Source: a virus (lineage: Duplodnaviria > Caudoviricetes). From it: a stretch of 27,329 nt of DNA. Positions 7,909 through 15,431 of this stretch are shown here, one piece after another (position 1 is the first letter of the stretch; every line of letters starts with the position of its first letter). Where the stretch lies: positions 1 through 27,329 of the IMG/VR virus record IMGVR_UViG_3300025392_000365. One strand, written 5' to 3'. Position numbers and translations under genes: made by a program. The notes under the pieces were generated by a model, which was given only the letters and a program-made list of their open reading frames with translations, was not told the origin of the DNA and did no database searches.

Positions 7909-9514
7909 TGACTTTCTTGGTTTTTTAAACCAATACAAAGACTACATATACGACGTATATTTTACCAGCCGCATAGCACCTTTTAACCAGGATGCTATGG
8001 GCGATGTCTTTGTTATTCACGAAGAAAGTGCCATCGACTGTATCAATGCCGCACTACACATACAAAATACATTGGGTATAACTGTAAGTGCTACATTTAA
8101 CAATATTCATGTTAAGCCAGATCAAAAGAATTTAGATCTTTTTATTAAGAATTTTAGACCTTTGTACGATGCTGGCATACGCAATGTTACACTACCGCAT
8201 ACACAATGGATATTAACAGGTAAAATACAAGCGGAATTTCCTGAACTGTTTATTAAGAACACTATCTTACGTGATGTTAATCGTGCTAATCAAGTATACG
8301 AACTAGCCAAAGCTGGATTTGACTATGTCAATTTAGACAGAGATCTAATGCGAGATAGAGATGAACTAGTTAAAATACAAAAAATCAAACAACACTATCC
8401 TAATTTAAAAATTAGTTTATTGGCTAATGAAGGCTGTGTAGGTAACTGTGCTATTATGCCTGAACACTATCAGTACAACTGTACAAGAACAGCACAAGAT
8501 CCACAATATTTTACCAGTAGTATAGCTCGCATTAGTTGTCAAAAGTGGGATGTAGAAGATCCTGCCATCATGTTAAAAACAGCAAACTTGCCACCATGGC
8601 GTAGTGACTGGATGGAACTGCTAGATTTAGGTATAGATACTTTTAAAATGCACGGCAGAGAAAGTATAGAAAGACTAGCAGAAAGTATACGTATCATTAT
8701 TCGCTTTGCTGCCGGCGAAGAAATACTGTTTGATAATTTTAATGAATACTTAGAAGACACTAATTTACAAGATAGACCAATTGATGCTTGGCGTAAGATT
8801 ATAAAAAATTGTAAATTTGACTGCTGGGACTGCGGTTACTGCGATAAAATTTATAGTAAAAAATCTAATTATCAACAAGATCCACTAGTGTTAAAAGTAG
8901 TAGACATTATTGCCTACCACGACAATTTAGTATTACCTGAAACTGATATACAAGGACTTACTAGTCAACGTGTTAGAAAACTATTATACGAACTAGCTGG
9001 TATCAGTAAGACTTATTTAGAAATAGGTTGCTTTCATGGTGCTACAGGCACAGCAGTATTAGATGCTGACATCAAAAATGCCTACTTTGTAGACCATTGG
9101 CAAGAAAATATTCAACCAGCTAATGGCGAACAACTACCGGCTAATGATAAACAAACATTTATTGCCAACATTCGAGCACATAAAAAATCTACAGACATTA
9201 AACTTTTTGATTGCGACTTGTTTAGTGTTGATACAGATGAAATAAAAGATGTAGATTTTTTCTTTTATGATGGTCCGCACGATGCCGAAACAACAGCCAA
9301 AGCAGTTGAATACTATGCCAAGTGCTTAAACGACACAGCAGTAATTATATTTGACGACGCCAACTGGGAAGGTGTTGTCGATGGTGCTCAATTAGGTATA
9401 CGAAAATCTAAACTCACTGTAAAATATGAAAAGATACTACTGAACGATCAAGAAAATTCTGCTGAATGGTGGAATGGACTATATATTGTCGTAGTGTCAA
9501 AGCTACATATTTAA
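7856..9514 (+). CDS. U32-family-like Fe-S protein fused to a class I SAM-dependent methyltransferase
   Basis: N-domain: GFDYVNLDRDLMRD, LLANEGCVGNC...H, GIDTFKMHGRE (compare U32 'SLKIEGR') and a CKFDCWDCGYC cluster. C-domain: YLEIGCFHGAT, VDHW, FFYDGPHD, IFDDANW (Methyltransf_24-like). Confidence 0.75.
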   Translation: MKIFSLPLNPKLNQSQYNDFLGFLNQYKDYIYDVYFTSRIAPFNQDAMGDVFVIHEESAIDCINAALHIQNTLGITVSATFNNIHVKPDQKNLDLFIKNFRPLYDAGIRNVTLPHTQWILTGKIQAEFPELFIKNTILRDVNRANQVYELAKAGFDYVNLDRDLMRDRDELVKIQKIKQHYPNLKISLLANEGCVGNCAIMPEHYQYNCTRTAQDPQYFTSSIARISCQKWDVEDPAIMLKTANLPPWRSDWMELLDLGIDTFKMHGRESIERLAESIRIIIRFAAGEEILFDNFNEYLEDTNLQDRPIDAWRKIIKNCKFDCWDCGYCDKIYSKKSNYQQDPLVLKVVDIIAYHDNLVLPETDIQGLTSQRVRKLLYELAGISKTYLEIGCFHGATGTAVLDADIKNAYFVDHWQENIQPANGEQLPANDKQTFIANIRAHKKSTDIKLFDCDLFSVDTDEIKDVDFFFYDGPHDAETTAKAVEYYAKCLNDTAVIIFDDANWEGVVDGAQLGIRKSKLTVKYEKILLNDQENSAEWWNGLYIVVVSKLHI

Positions 9515-9523
9515 GGAGAAAAG

Positions 9524-10570
9524 ATGGACTTCATCACAAACGTCCTGCTAAAGGACATCACATACTTGTGGATGATATTCTTCATTATGATCACTGCTGG
9601 ACTAGCTAAAGAGTACGCTCTTTTTGCCCCAGCATTTGCCTATGTAAGAAACACATTCAGAAGTAATAAGTTTGTAGTTGTTATCCTAAGTGCGATTGGT
9701 GGTATTTTACCAATCGAAGGCCGAGTAACTGTATCAGCAGGCCTGCTGGATACAGTAGCACCCAAGTGTGGTCACGGTCGTGAAAAGATGGGAATTATAG
9801 ATTATCTAGCTAACCACCACTACTATATGTGGAGTCCGCTAGAGAAAACTGTAATCCTGCCTATCGCGGCATTTGGCTTGACCTATGGTGCTTTTATCAG
9901 CCTAGTTGCTCCCTTGTTAATTGTTAGTTTAGTATTCATTAGCTTGTACATTTGGTACTCAGTTAAGGAAGAGGAACTAGTAATTGAACCAGGAAACTTT
10001 AAATTAAGTGCGGTTATTCGCAATGTGCTTCCCATGTTTATTGCCCTTGGCGTTTACATTTGGGGTGGCGGCGAAGAACATGTATTTCCAATTTTTGGTT
10101 TACTAACTCTTTACTACGTATTCATCACACAGCAGTGGGGTATTAAGAAATTATTATCCTATGTTCGCTGGGATGTACTAGCATGGGTTGGAGCAGTTAT
10201 TATCTTAGGCAACTACTTTAAATCATATAATGGCGAATTTACAGCTATGATCAAAGGTGTGGGATTAGATCCACATACTTTTGCTGGTATGCTGGCAATT
10301 TCAGTTATTGGATTTATTGTCAGCTTCTTAATGGGCAGTAGTGGCAAGTTTATTGCCGTTGCTGTATTGATGGCACAAGTTTTTGGCGTAGAATACTTCT
10401 TGTGGTTCTTTGCTATTGACTTTGCTGGATACTTATTAAGTCCAACACATAAATGTGTTATGATTGGTAACCGTTATTTTGGTACACCAGTCAGTACTTA
10501 TTATAAGGCATTAGGAAGTTGGGGATTGTTATTACTTGCTACAGCAGGTGCTATAACATTCTTATATTAA
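9524..10570 (+). CDS. Polytopic membrane permease, DUF401/ion-transporter superfamily-like
   Basis: TAAGGAG SD; roughly 9-11 hydrophobic segments; GGILPIEG, NHHYYMWSPLE and LLSPTHKC......YFG resemble DUF401 motifs. Confidence 0.7.
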   Translation: MDFITNVLLKDITYLWMIFFIMITAGLAKEYALFAPAFAYVRNTFRSNKFVVVILSAIGGILPIEGRVTVSAGLLDTVAPKCGHGREKMGIIDYLANHHYYMWSPLEKTVILPIAAFGLTYGAFISLVAPLLIVSLVFISLYIWYSVKEEELVIEPGNFKLSAVIRNVLPMFIALGVYIWGGGEEHVFPIFGLLTLYYVFITQQWGIKKLLSYVRWDVLAWVGAVIILGNYFKSYNGEFTAMIKGVGLDPHTFAGMLAISVIGFIVSFLMGSSGKFIAVAVLMAQVFGVEYFLWFFAIDFAGYLLSPTHKCVMIGNRYFGTPVSTYYKALGSWGLLLLATAGAITFLY

Positions 10571-11011
10571 ATCTACTAGATCAAACACTGTTTGTAATTT
10601 AGTACGAATAGTTTTACTTGAAAAACTATTGCGGAGCCCCTGGTGTAATGGCTTAGGGGCTCTGTCTATTGTAGCCCACGACCAGCCCATGTGTTCATCG
10701 CTTAATGTTGGAACAAATTCTTTATCTATTACACACAAGTAGGTGTGAAAATTAAACACCTTGTCGTTGCTGACAAATGTTTCTAAAGGAATTGTTTTGA
10801 TTATTTTAGGGCAAGTGCCGATTTCTTCGGTAATTTCACGCTGTAGACCTTGCCATGGCGTTTCACCGACTACGTTAGTGCCACCTACTAGTCCCCAAGT
10901 ACCTTCATGTTTGCCGTGTGCTTTTTGTAAGAGTAAGAAACGTCGTGTAGATTTAGCGTAGAACAATGCTCCGCTACATACTATCTGATCTTTTATAACT
11001 CTATTCTCCAT
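10562..11011 (-). CDS. NUDIX hydrolase
   Basis: Nudix box GGTNVVGETPWQGLQREITEEIG; LSDEH..W.W. Confidence 0.9.
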   Translation of the reverse strand: MENRVIKDQIVCSGALFYAKSTRRFLLLQKAHGKHEGTWGLVGGTNVVGETPWQGLQREITEEIGTCPKIIKTIPLETFVSNDKVFNFHTYLCVIDKEFVPTLSDEHMGWSWATIDRAPKPLHQGLRNSFSSKTIRTKLQTVFDLVDLI

Positions 11012-12480
11012 AGGCCCTTGTCGTATTCACCTTCAAAACTCTTGGCCCAGTTAACACCATTCCACACATACTGGACTCCTGTATATGTATTCGTTTGCCA
11101 CACCATGGCCTGTGAAAACTGACTGTGATCAAATATAACATGCCACTGTGTACCGGTCCACTCAATGATATCGTTAGTGTGCGCTACTAAATTGCCCCAT
11201 GCTGGCGCAGGTGCTACGTTGTTTAGATTACCTATATCTTCTACTAGTAAGAATCTTAGTCCAACACTGATAGACTGATCTGATTGTTCAGTACCTGTAG
11301 GACGATATGGATTGTAAGTTAATGGATTAATAATGGCATCGAATGTCCCAGGACTGTTAGGACGGTAGCTTGCGGCGGCATTGTAGCCTGGCATACTGTC
11401 TGTTTTTCCTGTACTATCTATACCAGTATTGCTGACCAGTGTGTCTGGATTCCAATTTACACTTAGTTGACTACTATCTAAGCTGTTTACAGCAATAGTT
11501 CCAATAACTTGTGTGCCGTCCGGTTGTGTTAAAAATATTTGACTTGATCCAGCTACATATTTTCCAGGATAAGCATTGAATACTTGATTCCAATCTACAC
11601 TATTGCCCACTCTTACGGGAATAGGATCTGTTGTAGGTTCATGTGGATAAGTTGCGGCGCCCGGTGCTAGTGCTGTTACGCTATTATTGTATACTTCAAT
11701 TCTTAAATTAGAAATAGTAGTAACTTCGGTATCTATTAGTGTGCCAAAACTAACAGTTTCAGCCATAGGATCTGTACCTAAGCCTTCGATATAAGTGTCA
11801 CTAGTGTGAGCACTGCCATATAAACTGGTAACAATTTTAGTAATAACACCCAAGTGTTTAACTTTAACTGGCGGATTGATCCAAATAGGAGTTTGTACTT
11901 TTAATGAAGCAATATCATTACCGCTGTCATTGCCCACTGGCACATTACGACTGCTCCAAGCAATGTCGTGTAAATTTAATACAGTTAAACTGGTCCAGTC
12001 AATATAGTTGTCATTAGTTTGTAATTCTAAACTAGGGTTAAACAATACTAGTATTTGTTCTAATATTTGTAATTTTTGTTCAGTACTTGAGCTCCAAATA
12101 TCTACTTTTAACTTTAGATCAAATGGTGTAGGCATTAAACGCTCTACTGTATAGTTGCGTCCTTGTCCTTGTGTATAAGTTCCAGAACCGGTGTTAATAT
12201 CACGCTCTCGAATGTGAACTTTATCTATAAATGTTTGGTCGGCCAAACGGTCGCGATCTAAACTTAGGCTTTCTACATACACAGCAATGCGTGGAATACT
12301 GTTTACTTTGTTTTCGCTGTTATTACGTATGATACTAGCCACTTGACGATCTGGATCACCGTACATAACCGGCACTCTGTGTAAACTGCCGTCACCATAT
12401 TTGACCACAAAATTACTAAACACACGAATAACTTGTGTAATATATCGTCTTACTTGACCGTCATAAAAGAACTGAATAAT
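10993..12480 (-). CDS. gp15: Tail terminator / tail sheath stabiliser (T4 gp15-like) with C-terminal extension; probable non-canonical ATT start
   Basis: The open frame extends upstream of GTG 12423 as IIQFFYDGQVRRYITQVIRVFSN, resembling the T4 gp15 N-terminus. Also VPVMYG, P.IAV, P.PFDL...VDIW, QILEQILVLFNPSL. The start position is inferred. Confidence 0.8.
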   Translation of the reverse strand: MIQFFYDGQVRRYITQVIRVFSNFVVKYGDGSLHRVPVMYGDPDRQVASIIRNNSENKVNSIPRIAVYVESLSLDRDRLADQTFIDKVHIRERDINTGSGTYTQGQGRNYTVERLMPTPFDLKLKVDIWSSSTEQKLQILEQILVLFNPSLELQTNDNYIDWTSLTVLNLHDIAWSSRNVPVGNDSGNDIASLKVQTPIWINPPVKVKHLGVITKIVTSLYGSAHTSDTYIEGLGTDPMAETVSFGTLIDTEVTTISNLRIEVYNNSVTALAPGAATYPHEPTTDPIPVRVGNSVDWNQVFNAYPGKYVAGSSQIFLTQPDGTQVIGTIAVNSLDSSQLSVNWNPDTLVSNTGIDSTGKTDSMPGYNAAASYRPNSPGTFDAIINPLTYNPYRPTGTEQSDQSISVGLRFLLVEDIGNLNNVAPAPAWGNLVAHTNDIIEWTGTQWHVIFDHSQFSQAMVWQTNTYTGVQYVWNGVNWAKSFEGEYDKGLWRIEL

Positions 12481-12519
12481 AGTACAACGGTGTTAAACCG
12501 TAGCCTCCTTGTTGTACCA
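12480..12519 (-). promoter_or_regulatory. Structured translation-initiation region for gp15 (SD AAGGAGG plus hairpin)
   Basis: On the minus strand: AAGGAGG at 12510-12504; ACGGT-TTAAC-ACCGT hairpin 12501-12487; outer inverted repeat GTACAAC/GTTGTAC at 12482-12488 and 12511-12517. Confidence 0.6.
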
Positions 12520-13014
12520 AACTCTTATACCGTCTACTAATTTCCAACTCATAGTACCTTTGTTTTTCCATTTGGTTGTTTCTTTACCTCTTTTAGGATG
12601 AGATTTCCCTAGCATTGGTCCACCGTCTTTTCTCTTCCAGCCGCCTTCTCTACCTTCGGCTCTGCGTCTAGCATGAGCTTGTTTTTGTGCTTCGCTCATC
12701 CTTAAAATACTTTCTGGATGATGAGTTTTATTATCACCGGGCTGTCTAATATTAAATCCGTTATCTATAGAATTGTATTGTTCTACATAGAGTTCTTCTA
12801 ATCTATTTAATTCTTCTAAACTAGTTGCTTCTACTAAAACTTCAAAAGTAAACGCATTCACTCCATACTTGCGTAATGCATTATGAAAATGATATGTTCT
12901 CTCACTAGTTCTACTTCCGGCAATATGTTCTAATCTACGATGATTAGGATCCTGTATAGTTTGACCTATATAACAACGATTAGACTCTGTATGAGTAAAC
13001 TTATAGATATGCAT
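12493..13014 (-). mobile_element. Free-standing GIY-YIG homing endonuclease (Seg-like) with NUMOD3-like DNA-binding tail
   Basis: HIYKF...CYIGQT...RR..H, ALRKYG...F.FEVL, LNRLE..Y.....S...GFN; KTHHPESILRMSEAQK; inserted between gp14 and gp15. Confidence 0.9.
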
Positions 13015-14597
13015 TAGAAATCTGCCCTAGGTTTAAGTACCTTACTGATACTTTGACGCTGTTCGTCTCTGTTATTATATAGTGTCACGGTCCAAATACC
13101 AGTCATTGGTATGACCTCTTGTCCATTAGTATCATTTAACACCACTGCCGGTTGTCCAGCACCTGCTGTTCCACCATCTTGAATTTGTGTAGTACTCGGT
13201 GGATAACTTTGGAAAGCTCCTGCTCCGTCTACTACTTGTACATTAGTTGGAATTAGTGGTAAATTTATTTGTAAACAAGTACTGACAACACCTGCTGGAC
13301 TAGTATATTGGTAACTAGAATAGATATTAGGATATGAAGCAAGATCATATTCTAGTGTAGTTATATCAAATTTTAATACTACATACTTGGCACTACTTGT
13401 TGTAGCATTATATGGAATATGTGTAGGAACAACAGTGGCATTAGCTGTTAATTTAACAGCATCGCTGGCCAATTTTTCATTATACAGGTAATTAGTATTA
13501 TTGATAAAACTTGTCTTCAATGTATTACGTGTATCGTTGTTGGTCATATTCATACGTACACTATCTTCATAAGCGACCCATGTGCTACTTGGAGCATCAA
13601 ATCTAAATAATCTGTTGGGCATAAAATCTGTACGTAGGAAAAAATCATTATTTTGTGGATTATTAGGAAACTGTATACCAAATCCAAACTCATATCCGTT
13701 GTCAGGATAACCATCTCCTAACAAATATCCAGTATAACCACTACGTTGTGGTACACCTGCGGTAGCACTGGCATTTAAATTTGCCGATGCGCTACTGGCC
13801 AATATGTCTGTTTCGTCAGCAGTTTTTAATATGGGTTTACCGTTAGTAGGATCAGCCGCTAGTGTATAAAACTGACGAGTTTCGTAACCGCTCTTAGGAG
13901 CATCTGCTTCTGCTTGAGCAATGTTTTGGTCATTAATATTAAGCTCTTGGTTGTAAGTACTTAACAAATCACGCAAGGTAGTGTTGGCCACAGGATCACC
14001 GTTGGCATCTTTAGCTGGTTCATTAAAGATTGACGCAAATTTCTGATTGTCAGTAATGCGTTTAATACGTAATCTATACAAATGTGGGAACCAAGTACTG
14101 CTAAATCCTTCACTGGCACGACCTACGTCTTCAATAACATAGTATCTAGGCAAACTAAAATCAAAACTGTTCAAAGCAAAATCGTCACGTAAGTGTGGTA
14201 ATTCTAAAACATCACCGCTGATAGGCTTACGACCTATATATTTGACAAAGTCATTAATATGTACAGTCATGTACAATGTATCATTGTCAATAAACAGACC
14301 AAATTGACTTAGGTTAAAATCAATATTTTGTACATTATAAATGCCACGAATTCTATAAATTTGTGTATCATACGTACCGTCGCGGTTTTCTAAAAATAAC
14401 AAATCTTGTATGTTTGTTACATCGCGATTAGCATAAGTTGGCTTATCAGCTGTAGCTGTAGATGGATCGTTTTGAGCACCTAAATACTTGTGTACATACA
14501 CATCTGTACCCCCAGCTTGAAACATCTCGCTGGCTTGTCGATCTATAAACTTGTAATCGAGCCCTTTTTCCGGTTTGTATAATGAAAGTCTTGGCAT
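13014..14597 (-). CDS. gp14: Neck/head-closure protein (T4 gp14-like) with long C-terminal extension
   Basis: G.DVYVHKY, DLLFLENRD, LSQFGLFIDND.L...VH...F....GRKP..GDVL.LP, YYVI.DV; positioned between gp13 and gp15. Confidence 0.7.
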   Translation of the reverse strand: MPRLSLYKPEKGLDYKFIDRQASEMFQAGGTDVYVHKYLGAQNDPSTATADKPTYANRDVTNIQDLLFLENRDGTYDTQIYRIRGIYNVQNIDFNLSQFGLFIDNDTLYMTVHINDFVKYIGRKPISGDVLELPHLRDDFALNSFDFSLPRYYVIEDVGRASEGFSSTWFPHLYRLRIKRITDNQKFASIFNEPAKDANGDPVANTTLRDLLSTYNQELNINDQNIAQAEADAPKSGYETRQFYTLAADPTNGKPILKTADETDILASSASANLNASATAGVPQRSGYTGYLLGDGYPDNGYEFGFGIQFPNNPQNNDFFLRTDFMPNRLFRFDAPSSTWVAYEDSVRMNMTNNDTRNTLKTSFINNTNYLYNEKLASDAVKLTANATVVPTHIPYNATTSSAKYVVLKFDITTLEYDLASYPNIYSSYQYTSPAGVVSTCLQINLPLIPTNVQVVDGAGAFQSYPPSTTQIQDGGTAGAGQPAVVLNDTNGQEVIPMTGIWTVTLYNNRDEQRQSISKVLKPRADF

Positions 14598-14603
14598 AGT
14601 AAC

Positions 14604-14625
14604 ATATTTATCGCTAGCTAAATAT
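14604..14625. promoter_or_regulatory. Back-to-back divergent late promoters
   Basis: ATATTTATCGCTAGCTAAATAT contains TAAATA on minus (14610-14605) and TAAATA on plus (14619-14624) in the 45-nt gap between divergent gp14 and gp13. Confidence 0.7.
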
Positions 14626-14642
14626 AGTACGAGGACAAAATA

Positions 14643-15428
14643 ATGGATGATTTAGCACCAACAACGCAGACTAACTCTACAGCCGAACGAAATAAAGTGT
14701 TTGATTATGTTCGTCAAATGCTGGGCGACGGTATGATTGAAGTAGAACTAGATGCTGTACACTATGAAACTGCCCTAGATCGTGCGCTAAATCGTTATAG
14801 ACAGCGCAGTCCAAATGCTGTAGAAGAAAGCTATTTGTTCCTAGAACTTATACAGGATCAAAATGAATACAGACTGCCTGACGAAGTTATTACTGTGCGC
14901 CAAGTGTTTCGTAGAGCTATTGGCTCAAGAAGTGGAATTGGTGCGGGTGGTACTTTATTTGAACCATTTAACTTAGCCTATACAAATACCTACTTGATGT
15001 CAGGTAGTATGATGGGCGGTCTAGCAACTTATGATGCGTTTGCTGGCTATCAAAAATTAGTTGGACGTATGTTCGGTAGTTATATTGAATTTTTATGGAA
15101 ACCAACTACGCACTTACTAGATATTTTACAACGTCCGTTTGCTCAAGGTGAACAAATTCTTGTACAAAGTTATAACTTCCGTCCAGACTGGGTGTTACTA
15201 CAAGACATTTATGCCAAGCAATGGTTAAAAGATTATACCTTGGCCACTGCTAAAGAAATGTTAGGCGAAGCACGTAGTAAATTTGGTTCTATTGCTGGAC
15301 CTGGTAGTGCTATCACACTTAATGGTACCGCATTAAAAAGCGAAGCCAAAGAAATGATAGAAAAGTTAGACAAAGAATTAGAAACTTTAGTAGCTGGTGG
15401 AACCGGTTACTATTTTATAACTGGATAA
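14643..15428 (+). CDS. gp13: Neck protein (T4 gp13-like)
   Basis: GAGGA SD; LG...IEVEL, ..DRAL..Y, W.KDY.LA.AKE.LG..RSKF....GPG...TLNG..L..EA....EKL..EL. Confidence 0.85.
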   Translation: MDDLAPTTQTNSTAERNKVFDYVRQMLGDGMIEVELDAVHYETALDRALNRYRQRSPNAVEESYLFLELIQDQNEYRLPDEVITVRQVFRRAIGSRSGIGAGGTLFEPFNLAYTNTYLMSGSMMGGLATYDAFAGYQKLVGRMFGSYIEFLWKPTTHLLDILQRPFAQGEQILVQSYNFRPDWVLLQDIYAKQWLKDYTLATAKEMLGEARSKFGSIAGPGSAITLNGTALKSEAKEMIEKLDKELETLVAGGTGYYFITG

Positions 15429-15431
15429 TCG

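Noticed and set aside
7856-8900. Annotation as a collagenase/protease or radical SAM enzyme
   Set aside because: Characterised U32 members act in hydroxylation. The CxxxCxxC-like cluster lies at the end of the domain rather than near the N-terminus as in radical SAM enzymes.
12460-12500. Gene 60-style ribosomal bypass, or a TTG start for gp15
   Set aside because: The matching GTT landing codon and the TTG downstream of the stop are both out of frame with gp15. The TTG frame stops after 8 codons.
12423-13014. Group I intron or intein around the GIY-YIG gene
   Set aside because: There is essentially no non-coding sequence to hold a ribozyme core, and no intein terminal motifs (C/S start, HN end). 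A free-standing insertion fits better.
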